DNA of 64,000 nt from Candidatus Falkowbacteria bacterium (GTDB taxonomy: Bacteria > Patescibacteriota > Patescibacteriia > CAIXNZ01), in assembly GCA_963774955.1 (NCBI GenBank), contig CAVZGV010000003.1, positions 128,771 through 192,770 of the forward strand, written 5' to 3'. Below the pieces are notes generated by a model. The model saw nothing but the letters and a program-made list of their open reading frames with translations, had not been told where the DNA came from and made no database searches. The translations under genes and the position numbers were made by a program. The first letter of the stretch is position 1. Each line of letters starts with the position of its first letter. Below, one piece after another: positions 50,143 through 60,286 of the stretch.

Positions 50143-51345
50143 ATGGTTCAATCAGATATGTCCCGCAAAGCGGGATCCGCCGTTGGCGGAAAAAAAATAT
50201 TTTTAGTCTTAGTTAATATTGCCTTAATTTGCGTTATAGTAATTACGGTTTTTTATTTGTTTTCCAGGCGCACTGAGCTTTTTGCCCAGAGCAGTTTGTC
50301 GTTCGGCAACAAAATTTTAAATGTTAATATACCAGGTCAAATTAAGGAAATAAAAAGAGCCAAGCCGGTGGAGAGGGAAGTTAAGGCCATATATTTAACC
50401 TCTTACTCAGCCAGTGTTCCGGACAGAGTTGATAATTACATTGGACTGATCAAGAAAAGCCAAATTAATGCCGTGGTTATAGATATCAAAGATTATTCCG
50501 GACAGATTGCTTATGACAGCAAGGTTCCGTTGGTTGAAGAATTGCAGACCGACCGCAATCTGATTAAGGATTTATCAGGGGTTATTAAAAAATTTCACGA
50601 TAATGATATTTATGTCATTGCCAGGCAGACAGTCTTTCAGGATCCGGAACTTTCAGGTAAAAAGCCCGAATGGGCGGTTAAAAATTCCGCGACCGGCGGA
50701 GTTTGGAAAGATAATAAGGGACTGGGCTGGTTAGATGCTTCAAAACAGGAAGTCTGGCAATATAATATTGATATTGCCAGAGAAGCAATCAGGCTGGGTT
50801 TTGATGAAATTAATTTTGATTATATCCGTTTTCCTTCCGACGGTCCGATGAAACTGATGCAGTTTAGTAATATGAATGGACGAACTAAAGCTGAAGTCAT
50901 GACGGACTTTTTTAAATATTTATATGAAAATTTAAAATCAGAACCGGCCTATATATCCGGGGATTTATTCGGCTTTACGACTGAACGTACCGATGATATG
51001 AATATCGGTCAGCAGATTGAAGACGCGGCTTTATATTTTGATTATGTCTGTCCCATGGTTTATCCGTCACATTATCCCAGCGGTTATCTGAATCTGAAAA
51101 ATCCAGCGGCCGAACCTTACAAAGTAGTAAAATTCGCTTTAACCAAAGGCGAGGAAAGTTTAGCCTTAGTGCCAGATGTCCGCGCCAAAATTAGGCCGTG
51201 GCTGCAGTCTTTTGATATGGGAGCCGTATATACCTCGGCTATGATTGAAGATCAGATTCGGGCAGGCCAAGAAGCCGGCAGTTACGGCTATTTGCTCTGG
51301 AATGCCAGGAATGTCTATAAATATCTGCCTGCGGTAAAAAAGTGA
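50143..51345 (+). CDS. membrane-anchored putative glycoside-hydrolase-like TIM-barrel protein (GHL10/DUF4015-like)
   Basis: TM helix plus KAIYLTSYSAS...INAVVIDIKD...FDEINFDYIRFP. The N-terminal 19 codons come from the double-hairpin cassette. Confidence 0.4.
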   Translation: MVQSDMSRKAGSAVGGKKIFLVLVNIALICVIVITVFYLFSRRTELFAQSSLSFGNKILNVNIPGQIKEIKRAKPVEREVKAIYLTSYSASVPDRVDNYIGLIKKSQINAVVIDIKDYSGQIAYDSKVPLVEELQTDRNLIKDLSGVIKKFHDNDIYVIARQTVFQDPELSGKKPEWAVKNSATGGVWKDNKGLGWLDASKQEVWQYNIDIAREAIRLGFDEINFDYIRFPSDGPMKLMQFSNMNGRTKAEVMTDFFKYLYENLKSEPAYISGDLFGFTTERTDDMNIGQQIEDAALYFDYVCPMVYPSHYPSGYLNLKNPAAEPYKVVKFALTKGEESLALVPDVRAKIRPWLQSFDMGAVYTSAMIEDQIRAGQEAGSYGYLLWNARNVYKYLPAVKK

Positions 51346-51380
51346 TATAATGCAATTAATAATCGTTAATATCAATATTT

Positions 51381-52382
51381 ATGAACAATTTTAAATACGT
51401 TTTGGCCGTTATTATCGGGGCGATTGTGATTATTTCTATCAACCCGAGATTTTTTATACCAATACTGATCATTTTAATAATTTTTTATAAACCGATTTTA
51501 CAATTAATCAATAAATTTATGCCTATGGGACAAACTTTTGATTATGCCAAGGTTGTTGGCGATAAGGTTAAACTAGGTTCCAAAGTGGTTATTGGTGTTA
51601 TTATTGCCGTTATTTTAATAATTATTTTAGTCAGGTCTATTATAGTTATTCCAGCCGGCTATACTGGGGTTTATCACTTATTTGGACGGGTAACTGATCA
51701 GCCAATTAGTTCTGGCCTTCATTTGGTCATACCGTTGGCAAAGGTGGAAATGATGAGCATCAGGACTGAACAATATACCATGTCTGTTGTTTCAAGCGAA
51801 GGTCAAAAATATGGTGATGATTCCATTGATGCGTTGACTAAAGAAGGGTTGAAGGTGAATTTAGACATAACCGCCTTTTATCATTTGCAGGAAAATAAAG
51901 CACCTGAGGTTTTTAAAACTATTGGCTTGAATTATGATGAAAAGATTGTCAGGCCCGAAGTTCGCGGCGCTATCCGCGATGTTATCGCGCTTTACGATGC
52001 CAAAGATATTTATTCAGAGAAAAGGCAGGAAGCAACTGATAAGATTGAAGAAAGGTTGAAAAATTCTTTGAATATCCGAGGAATAGAATTGGAACAGGTG
52101 ATTTTGCGCAATGTCGCTTTGCCGCCATTATTAACTCAGGCTATTGAAGCTAAACTAACAGCGGATCAGGAAGCGCAGAAGTATGATTTCATTCTGCAGA
52201 AAGAAACCAAAGAAGCGGAAAGAAAAAGGATTGAAGCAGCCGGCCAGCGTGATTCCCAGAAAATCATTAATGAAAGCTTGAGCAATCAGTATTTACAGTA
52301 TTTATATATTCAAAATTTGCAAAATCGACCCGGTACGATTTATGTGCCCTATGATTTGCCTTTATTTAAAGGGATACAATAA
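51381..52382 (+). CDS. SPFH/band-7 (HflC/prohibitin-like) membrane protein
   Basis: Two N-terminal TM helices, an SPFH core and a C-terminal coiled coil (QAIEAKLTADQEAQKYDF). Confidence 0.75.
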   Translation: MNNFKYVLAVIIGAIVIISINPRFFIPILIILIIFYKPILQLINKFMPMGQTFDYAKVVGDKVKLGSKVVIGVIIAVILIIILVRSIIVIPAGYTGVYHLFGRVTDQPISSGLHLVIPLAKVEMMSIRTEQYTMSVVSSEGQKYGDDSIDALTKEGLKVNLDITAFYHLQENKAPEVFKTIGLNYDEKIVRPEVRGAIRDVIALYDAKDIYSEKRQEATDKIEERLKNSLNIRGIELEQVILRNVALPPLLTQAIEAKLTADQEAQKYDFILQKETKEAERKRIEAAGQRDSQKIINESLSNQYLQYLYIQNLQNRPGTIYVPYDLPLFKGIQ

Positions 52383-52417
52383 TTATTGATATAAATTAAT
52401 TTATTAATTTAATCTTT

Positions 52418-54799
52418 ATGAAAAAAACAAAAATCATCTTGAGTCTTATCATTCTGGTTTCATCTGTCGCTATCGGCGGTTTGAGTTCAATGGTTTCAGC
52501 GCAAACCGTTCCCTCAATCATTGATATTAACGACGGCACAAATTATTCCGGAAATTCCAAAACATTATATGCAACTACTTATATTGAAGCCACTTGCTCT
52601 TTAGCCTATAGTAAAAATTCAGATACCAGTAATGGTACTACGGTTTTGGGCGGTGTGGTCCAGACTCCGACTGCGACCAATGACGGTAAATATTATTATG
52701 CCTTCAATTTAACAGGATTGGATGGGGTTTCTATTTATTATTACAAAGTAATGTGCACGGCTAATGGTCAAACTGATGTTAGCACCATTAGAACCTTAAC
52801 TGTTCAAGGATCAACCCAGATAATTATTGATATTAACGACGGCATAAGTTATTCCGGATATAGTAAAACAATATATGCAACTTCTTATGGCCAGGCCACT
52901 TGTTCTTTGGCTTACGGCAAGAATTCAGATACCAGTAATGGCACTACAGTTTTAGGCGGTGTTGTTCAGACTCCTGCAGTGGGCAATGACCAGAAATATT
53001 ACTATGCATTTAATTTAACAGGTTTGGACGGTGTTTCAGTTTATTATTACAAAATAATGTGTACTGCCAGCGGACAAAGTGATATAAGTACTATTAAAAT
53101 TCTGAGCCCAATAATTACGAGTAAAGTCTTTAATGGTGACGGGACATATGATATTAATGCCGGTGACAGGGTAAAATTAAATAATGGAGCAACTATTGAA
53201 CCTATTTTTTATACTTCGGGAGATTTTTTAAATGTAAAATTTGATGTTTATGACAGCAGTTTAATTAAAATAGGTACGAGCGATTTTACCAGGACAGCTT
53301 GGTCAGCATTGAGTTATGCTGTCGGCAGCTATAAAATGCAATTTAAAGTTAATTCAGCCGGCTCTTCATCAGGCAAATATTTTGGCAATATCACCTTTAC
53401 TAGCGTTAGCGCGAATGCTTTTGAAATTACAAGCGTCAGGGTTGATAAATTAGATGCAGTGGGTAATCCCGCTGAAGACGTGCGCAGTTTTAGTATCACT
53501 GCTAATCAGCAATTTACTAATTTGCAAATTACGCTCTATGAATTGCCAAGTACGACCTCTTATTTTACTTTAAATGTACCAGGAACTGCTTCTTCTGTTT
53601 ATGTCAGCCCAGGGAATTGGCCAAAAAAATTAAATCCCAATAAAACATATAAATATGTGATCAGCGCTAAGAGCACTCAAACGGCTGAAACTGATACTTA
53701 TGAGAGTACTTTTACCTCCAGTAATTTTACTTCAGAGGGCGATACCATTACTCAAATTACTATTTTGACTCCTAACGGAGCAGAAAATTTTGTTCAGGGT
53801 AATCTTAATCGCATCAGCTGGTCAGGTGGAACGGAAAAGGTTCAAATTGGCGTATTAAAAGGTGCGTCCGTGACAGCTGACGCAACCGGCAATTTATTGG
53901 GCTGGATTAATACTAATTTAACACCTAATAGCAGCACTTATTGGGATGGCAAAAACATTTGCGATTTAATAGGTACTACCTGCTGGGATCTGGCTGCCGG
54001 AAGTTATAAAATAGTAGGCGTATCCAAAGATAAGGACGGAAATTATTTATTAAATTATCCCGGCAATCTGGATATTAGCGATAACGCTTTTAATATTATT
54101 GCCCCTCCGGCGTCAGTTCCTATTACCTCTGGACAGGAAAATATTTATATTCAAAGGATTAAAGAATTGGAATACCGCATTTCTGAACTGGAAAATCAGG
54201 TTACTGCTTTGGCCCAAAAAACTTTTACCTATAGAAATCAAAATTTGATTGGTCGTACTGCCGGCAGAATTCTTTTACAGGTTGAAACTAACGGGCAGGC
54301 CTGGTATTTGGATCCTGTAACTGCAAAAAGATATTATTTGAAAGACGGTAATTCCGCCTATATAGCCCTAAACGCTTTTGGTTTGGGGGTCACGAATAAT
54401 GACTTGGCCAAAATCCCTATTGGCGTAGAATCAAGATTTCAATTGAATGACGGTGACGGCGACGGGTTGGCTGATAATTTGGAAAGAGCGATTGGAACTA
54501 ATCCTGGGGATTCAGATTCTGATGATGACGGTTTTTCTGATGGTGAAGAGGTTAAAAGCGGTCATAATCCCTTAGGCGCTGGTAATTTAAATTTGGATTA
54601 TAACTTAGCCACTAAATTAAAAGGGAAAATTTTATTGCAGGTACAATCTAAGGGTGAGGCTTGGTATGTGAGTCCGGTAGACAGTAGAAGATATTATTTG
54701 GGTGACGGTGAATCCGCTTATCAGATCATGAGATTTTTAAGTCTGGGTATTACCAATGATAATTTGAATGAAATTCCGGTTGGCAGTTTAAATTATTAA
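52418..54799 (+). CDS. secreted cell-surface protein with internal repeats
   Basis: Signal/TM sequence, 2 x ~100-aa repeats (IIDINDG..YSG.SKT.YAT.Y..ATCSLAY.KNSDTSNGTTVLGGVVQTP), an Asp-rich TSP3-like DGDGDGLADN...DSDSDDDGFSDGEE segment, and 2 x C-terminal repeats (GKILLQV...EAWY..PV...RYYL.DG.SAY). Confidence 0.6.
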   Translation: MKKTKIILSLIILVSSVAIGGLSSMVSAQTVPSIIDINDGTNYSGNSKTLYATTYIEATCSLAYSKNSDTSNGTTVLGGVVQTPTATNDGKYYYAFNLTGLDGVSIYYYKVMCTANGQTDVSTIRTLTVQGSTQIIIDINDGISYSGYSKTIYATSYGQATCSLAYGKNSDTSNGTTVLGGVVQTPAVGNDQKYYYAFNLTGLDGVSVYYYKIMCTASGQSDISTIKILSPIITSKVFNGDGTYDINAGDRVKLNNGATIEPIFYTSGDFLNVKFDVYDSSLIKIGTSDFTRTAWSALSYAVGSYKMQFKVNSAGSSSGKYFGNITFTSVSANAFEITSVRVDKLDAVGNPAEDVRSFSITANQQFTNLQITLYELPSTTSYFTLNVPGTASSVYVSPGNWPKKLNPNKTYKYVISAKSTQTAETDTYESTFTSSNFTSEGDTITQITILTPNGAENFVQGNLNRISWSGGTEKVQIGVLKGASVTADATGNLLGWINTNLTPNSSTYWDGKNICDLIGTTCWDLAAGSYKIVGVSKDKDGNYLLNYPGNLDISDNAFNIIAPPASVPITSGQENIYIQRIKELEYRISELENQVTALAQKTFTYRNQNLIGRTAGRILLQVETNGQAWYLDPVTAKRYYLKDGNSAYIALNAFGLGVTNNDLAKIPIGVESRFQLNDGDGDGLADNLERAIGTNPGDSDSDDDGFSDGEEVKSGHNPLGAGNLNLDYNLATKLKGKILLQVQSKGEAWYVSPVDSRRYYLGDGESAYQIMRFLSLGITNDNLNEIPVGSLNY

Positions 54800-54815
54800 G
54801 ATTAATTGTATTTTT

Positions 54816-55019
54816 ATGAAAGATTTAAAAAATGTGATCAGTAACGGCATTGAAATGGAAGATGACTTTATCAAGACTTATATGGCTGTGATCAAGGACG
54901 AGGGGTTTGCCCAGTATTTCGACACCAATCAGGGCAAAGCTGAGGAAATGCTTCAAACGTTAATTAAAGAAAGCACCTGGCATAAACAAGTGCTTGAGGA
55001 TATCTTGAAAACTTTATAA
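54816..55019 (+). CDS. small hypothetical protein
   Basis: Intact 67-aa ORF. Confidence 0.35.
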   Translation: MKDLKNVISNGIEMEDDFIKTYMAVIKDEGFAQYFDTNQGKAEEMLQTLIKESTWHKQVLEDILKTL

Positions 55020-55037
55020 AGATTAACTTAATTCTAT

Positions 55038-55226
55038 ATGGCCGACCGTGAAATAGTTTTAGACATCTTAAAAGACGCGCTTAAACGAGAAAAACAAGCT
55101 GAAGATAATTGTGAGGAAATTTTAGTGCATCTCAAGAAAAACGGTTTTACGAACGCAATTGAAAAAATAAAAAATGACGAACATCACCATCAGCAAATCG
55201 TCAGAAAATTAATGGATATGATTTAG
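55038..55226 (+). CDS. small hypothetical protein
   Basis: Intact 62-aa ORF. Confidence 0.35.
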   Translation: MADREIVLDILKDALKREKQAEDNCEEILVHLKKNGFTNAIEKIKNDEHHHQQIVRKLMDMI

Positions 55227-55304
55227 TTTCTGGTCTGAAATCCGCTGCCGTAAGGTGGCGGGTTTTTAGTTGTCAAAACAAGTAAAAGTTGCTAAATTAT
55301 ATGT

Positions 55305-55895
55305 ATGCTCAAACAAAATGACAAGTCTACCTCAATTTTTTTAGGCACAATCATAAAGGTAGTGCTTAATTACCTCAGGTACTCCCAGATGGTCTGGATG
55401 ATAGTTTTCTGGGCCATGTTTTTGTTTGTGTTTTTCCTGACCATGATTTTTGTGGTTATATCGTCACGGCCAGAATTACTTACTAATGCTTTGAATTATC
55501 TGATCAGACTTTTTAATATCCGGGATTTACATGTTGACACTGTCTGGGGCAAGGAAGAAATTTTGTGGGCCTATGGGATTCTATCAATGGTTGTTTATGC
55601 GATTGTGGCTTTGTTTAAATTAATATTTAACCTTAAATTCACCTTGAATCTCAAGCAAAAGATTGTTTTATTTGTCGGTCTAATCGGCTGTATGACCGGC
55701 TTAATGTTCGTTTTTATATCTTTGGCCTATTTTTTCTCCCATGACAGCATTTACCTTGGTTATTATGGGTTAATAGTCTTTTTCGCTATTTGTACTCTTG
55801 GTACAAGTCTTTATTATTTATTGGTCAGTTGGGTCATAGATTTTGTCATCAAGATCATTGATTATAATTTAGAGCGTAATAGCGTATTAAAATAA
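55305..55895 (+). CDS. integral membrane protein, unknown function
   Basis: 196 aa, 5-6 TM helices. Confidence 0.45.
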   Translation: MLKQNDKSTSIFLGTIIKVVLNYLRYSQMVWMIVFWAMFLFVFFLTMIFVVISSRPELLTNALNYLIRLFNIRDLHVDTVWGKEEILWAYGILSMVVYAIVALFKLIFNLKFTLNLKQKIVLFVGLIGCMTGLMFVFISLAYFFSHDSIYLGYYGLIVFFAICTLGTSLYYLLVSWVIDFVIKIIDYNLERNSVLK

Positions 55896-55896
55896 T

Positions 55897-58323
55897 ATGG
55901 CTGAAGTAACACCGATGCTCAAACAATACCGGGCGATCAAGGATCAGCATAAAGACTGTATCCTGTTTTTTCGCTTGGGAGATTTTTATGAAATGTTTGG
56001 CCCCGATGCCATGGAAGCTTCTAAAATTTTAAATATTACTCTGACCGCCCGAGGCAAGGGGACTGTTAATGAAGTGCCCATGTGCGGGGTGCCCTATCAT
56101 GCTGCCGAAGGCTATATTGCCAAATTAACCAGAGCCGGGAAGAAGGTCGCGATTTGCGAACAAATGACTGACCCGAGTTTGCCTGGTATTGTGGAACGGG
56201 ATGTGATCAGGATAATTACCCCGGGGACAACTTTGGATAATAATATTTTGGATAATAAAAGAAATAATTATCTTGTTTCTTTGGTGAACAAGGATAATCT
56301 TTGGGGTTTAGCTTTTGTGGACTTAACTACCGGCGAATTTAAGCTGGCGGAAATCCGCAAGCTGGATGATTTGATTAATGAACTTGGCAGAATCATGCCC
56401 ACGGAAATTATAGTCACTCCTGATTTGCATGAAAATTTGCAGCTAGTTACCAAACTAAAAAATTTAAGCAGCGTAAATATATTTTATCCCGCGATTTTCA
56501 AGTCAGCGCCTGAAACCTTACTGGAACATTTTAAAGTAAAATCCCTGCAGAGTTTTGGTATTGAGAAATCTTTAATCGGGCTTGAGGCGGCCGGTAATTT
56601 GGTTAATTACTTGAAAGATACCCAGAAAACTTCCCTGGAACATATTAATAAACTTGGCTCTCTACAATATTTCCGATTACATGATTCTGGATGAGGCCAC
56701 GATTCGAAATTTGGAACTTTTATATACTTATCAGCTTTTTGAACAAAAAGGATCTTTAATTTCCATTCTTGATCAGACGCAAACCGGTATGGGCGGTCGG
56801 CTTATTGCGCAACTGGCTTTTACATCCGTTAATTAAGGCTGAAAAGGTTCAGGCGCGTTTGGAAGCAGTTGCGGAATTTTATAATAATTTAGATTTGCGG
56901 GAAAATCTGAAAGGCGAATTGAAGAATATGGCTGATATTGAACGTCTGATCGGTCGGTTGGGCTGTAAGCGAGCAAATGCGCGTGATTTGGTTAATCTGA
57001 AAAACTCTTTACAGCAAATTCCGCAGATTAAGAGTCTGGCTTAAAAATTGTGATTCAAAATTATTAAAGGATAGTTATAAATATTTGGATGACCACAAAG
57101 AAGTCGTTGAATTAATCCAAAAATCAATTGCGGAAGATCCGCCTTTAATTAATTACTGACGGCGGCATGATTGCTGACGGTTATAATTCAGAACTTGGAT
57201 GAATTAAGGAAAATTTCAACTTCCGGTAAAGATTGGCTCAGTGATTTACAAACCCGGGAGGCGCAAAGAACCGGAATTTCTTCCTTAAAAGTTAAATTTA
57301 ATAAAATATTCGGTTATTACATTGAAGTTACCAATTCCAATTTGGCCCAGGTACCGACTGATTATACCCGCAAGCAAACTTTAGTTAATGCGGAGCGATT
57401 TGTGACGCCGGAACTGAAAGAATACGAACAAAAGGTTTTGGGCGCTCAGGAACAGATTATCGAAATAGAACAACGTCTATTCTGGGAAATACGAGATGCA
57501 GGTGGCCAAACATTTTGAAGCCATTCAGGCCACTGCGCAGGTTTTGGCTCAGCTGGATGTGCTTCTGAATTTTGCCAATATCGCTTTATTGAATAATTAT
57601 GTTAAACCTGAAATAAATGACGGGGGAGTGGTAATAATTAAAAATGGACGTCATCCGGTGATTGAAAAGTTACTGACCGAAGAATCTTATGTGCCCAATG
57701 ACGGTCTATTTAATCATGAAGACCATCAGTTGATTTTACTGACCGGCCCTAATATGAGCGGTAAGTCCAGTTATCTGCGCCAGACTGCCTTGATTATTTT
57801 ATTGGCGCAGATCGGTTGCTTTGTTCCGGCTGAGGCAGCTAAGATTGGAATAGTTGACAGAATTTTTACCCGTGTCGGCGCGTCTGATAATTTAATCCGC
57901 GGCCAGTCAACTTTTATGGTGGAAATGCAGGAAGCAGCCAATATTTTAAATAATGCCACCAGTAAAAGTTTTATTGTCCTGGACGAACTAGGCAGGGGAA
58001 CCTCAACTTACGACGGTGTGTCCATTGCCTGGGCCATTGTGGAATTTATTTATAAAAATATCAAAGCCAAGACTTTATTTGCCACGCATTATCATGAATT
58101 GATTGATTTAGTGGCCAAGCTTGATAAAGCCAAGAATTACTGTGTCAGTGTTAAAGAAACAGATACTGGTGTTATCTTTTTACGTAAAGTTATGCCAGGC
58201 GGGATTGACCGTTCCTATGGCATTGAAGTCGCTAAGTTGGCCGGCCTGCCCAAGGCTTTGACGGATAGGGCGTATGAAATTTTGGCGGAGCTAGAAAGTG
58301 AAATTAAAATAACGAAAAAATAA
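55897..58323 (+). pseudogene. mutS: DNA mismatch repair MutS, at least 5 frameshifts
   Basis: N-terminal mismatch-binding domain (TPMLKQYRAIKDQHKDCILFFRLGDFYEMFG), connector, lever/clamp and an intact C-terminal ATPase ([13 protein letters not shown]; DELGRGTST) spread over 5-6 frame segments (track ORFs 55897.., 56654.., 56769.., 57171.., 57496..). Confidence 0.8.
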
Positions 58324-58379
58324 ACCGCTGGGCAACCGGCGGTTTTATATTTGACAGCAATTATCTTGTCTGCTAACAT
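58323..58379 (+). promoter_or_regulatory. terminator-promoter module A (hairpin AAACCGC-N9-GCGGTTT then TTGACA-17-TAACAT)
   Basis: Same module is repeated at 59192-59250. Near-consensus promoter. Confidence 0.55.
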
Positions 58380-58410
58380 GATAAATCAAAAGACAAAGGA
58401 GGACTTGCTA

Positions 58411-58851
58411 ATGGATTCAATGTTTTGGGTTTATGTTACAGTCGGGTTGATTTTTGTGACAGTTGCGGTAGCAATCAAGAGCATATATTACACCAGCAAT
58501 GTAAGACAGAAATACAGTTGGACATTGTATAGTCTGGTGATCGCCTCTGTCTGTTTGGTCAATCTTTTGGTCATTCAGAGATTTTTTAACCAACTTGGAT
58601 TGTTTCAGACGCACGGATCGATCATCTTATTCTGTACATACGCACCCTATGCGTTATGGGCTTTCTCCCTATATTTTTTGAGAAACACTGCTCAGGCCAT
58701 GCACAAACAGGATTTTCATAAAACTCATTTTTCCAGCATTTATGCTTTCAACATGATCCTGCTAGCAGTAATGATACCATTGGCGCATATATTTTTTGCC
58801 TATGTAAATTCTGTCATCCATCCGTTGTCCAACCAGCTGATGCTGATTTAA
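58411..58851 (+). CDS. integral membrane protein (about 4 TM helices), unknown function
   Basis: RBS AAAGGAGG then ATG at 58411. The track ORF starts at the -35 TTG. Confidence 0.5.
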   Translation: MDSMFWVYVTVGLIFVTVAVAIKSIYYTSNVRQKYSWTLYSLVIASVCLVNLLVIQRFFNQLGLFQTHGSIILFCTYAPYALWAFSLYFLRNTAQAMHKQDFHKTHFSSIYAFNMILLAVMIPLAHIFFAYVNSVIHPLSNQLMLI

Positions 58852-58957
58852 CCTTTTAGTCATTAAAAAACGCCAGGATACCTTGGCGTTTTTCTTTTAT
58901 TGACAAAAATGAAAAATACTGATATTTTAAATCAAGTCCTGACAGGAGGTACAAATC

Positions 58958-59188
58958 ATGACTATAAAAAGAACGGATAGAAATATAAAAGGACATCATG
59001 TCTTTAAAAAACAAAATCCAACCAAAGCAAAAGTTGTTTGTAGTCGCTGTGCTGACATTTGTTGCATGCGCAATATTACACCGACTTGGGCCTTGCCTAC
59101 TGAAGCAAGCCATGGGGCGATCAAACATTATACTTGTGAGGAAAGGGTTGTGGATAGGGGCATGGTCAGAAAAGGACTTTGTGCCTGA
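58958..59188 (+). CDS. small basic Cys-motif protein, paralog A
   Basis: RBS CAGGAGG, own terminator-promoter module upstream (58869-58928). Motif VVCSRCADICCMRNITPTWALP...TCEE. Confidence 0.5.
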   Translation: MTIKRTDRNIKGHHVFKKQNPTKAKVVCSRCADICCMRNITPTWALPTEASHGAIKHYTCEERVVDRGMVRKGLCA

Positions 59189-59273
59189 GCAAAACCGCTA
59201 ATAAATTTGGCGGTTTTATATTTGACAAATCTCTTTAAATCTGGTAAATTTAGTTACCACAGGAGGGACAAAA

Positions 59274-59507
59274 ATGTCGAAAAGAAAAAGGTTGATTTTG
59301 AGAAGAAACTGGATAGAGCATCAACGGTTCTTTCATAAGTTTCCGCCCAATGGGCCAGTCTATTGCAGCCGCTGCGCAGATGTCTATTGTTTGCGGAATA
59401 TTACTCCGACCAGGCTTTTGCCTCGCGATTCAAAACTTGGCAAATTGCGACAGCGGACCTGCAAGGAAATGCTTCGGGACAGAGCTTTGCCCGTTGATTT
59501 GGGCTGA
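59274..59507 (+). CDS. small basic Cys-motif protein, paralog B
   Basis: RBS AGGAGGG, own terminator-promoter module (59192-59250). Motif VYCSRCADVYCLRNITPTRLLP...TCKE. Confidence 0.5.
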   Translation: MSKRKRLILRRNWIEHQRFFHKFPPNGPVYCSRCADVYCLRNITPTRLLPRDSKLGKLRQRTCKEMLRDRALPVDLG

Positions 59508-59520
59508 AAGGGGAGAATCA

Positions 59521-59748
59521 ATGACTTTGATGATATCGGTAGTTAAAATTGTTTTGTTTCTCGTTTGTCTTTATATCATTTCAACCGTATTATTGCTGAT
59601 AGCTGAAGCAACTTTGCAGTCCTATCGGTCCCATGTTTGGTCCGGCAGGCAGTATCCTTTTGACTTGGCTAGTATTTATAAGCATTTGCCATCTGCCTGG
59701 AAAGTGGTTAAAAACTGGCCGATTGAGTGTCTGGAAATCCTGTTTTAG
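59521..59748 (+). CDS. small membrane protein (75 aa)
   Basis: RBS AAAGGGGAG then ATG at 59521; one TM helix. Confidence 0.4.
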   Translation: MTLMISVVKIVLFLVCLYIISTVLLLIAEATLQSYRSHVWSGRQYPFDLASIYKHLPSAWKVVKNWPIECLEILF

Positions 59749-59783
59749 CCGGATTATTCGGTATAAATTTTTAGGGAGGGAAA

Positions 59784-60050
59784 ATGAATTTGCTACTTCT
59801 TTTAGGGCTGCTGGCATATTTGGCCGTCATGGTGCGCATCAGCGTCCCCAGGATTCGGGAAGTGATGCAATTACGTGAAGATAAAAGGCATTATTCGAAA
59901 AATTTTAATGCCGGACAGCTTGATCACGTGGAAATGCTTTTGAGCCACCGAACCAGCAGCTTGGCATTTATCATTTTTTCTTCGTTGGTAATAACCCTGA
60001 TGGTTATTTTAATAATCTTCATGGGTGACCTTCCGAACTCTACTTTTTAG
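59784..60050 (+). CDS. small membrane protein (88 aa, 2 TM)
   Basis: RBS GGGAGGG upstream. Confidence 0.4.
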   Translation: MNLLLLLGLLAYLAVMVRISVPRIREVMQLREDKRHYSKNFNAGQLDHVEMLLSHRTSSLAFIIFSSLVITLMVILIIFMGDLPNSTF

Positions 60051-60100
60051 CCCTGCTTAATCGCGGGGTTTTTAAATTTATTTAAAATAAAAAAACACCC

Positions 60101-60286
60101 TCAGACTAAGTCTTTGGGTGTTTGGCCTTGCTTCTTTTGACCTTGATACTTATTCAGGCATTTGACACAGCTGATTTCTCCGGTATAGAAATAGCGGTAA
60201 AGAGTGCCATGACAATGTTCACAAGGAGTATCGGTTTTAACTACTTTATGAGTTAAATAATAGCCCATAATTAATTTTTCTTTCAT
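60101..60286 (-). CDS. small zinc-ribbon protein (CxxC...CxxC)
   Basis: Minus-strand RBS GGAGGTAGCAA then ATG. CEHCHG...CVKC. Minus-strand terminator at 60085-60120. Confidence 0.5.
   Translation of the reverse strand: MKEKLIMGYYLTHKVVKTDTPCEHCHGTLYRYFYTGEISCVKCLNKYQGQKKQGQTPKDLV

Noticed and set aside
58351-58410. Track start of ORF 58351..58851 (alt-start TTG)
   Set aside because: The TTG is the -35 hexamer of a TTGACA-17-TAACAT promoter. The real start is ATG 58411, after RBS AAAGGAGG.
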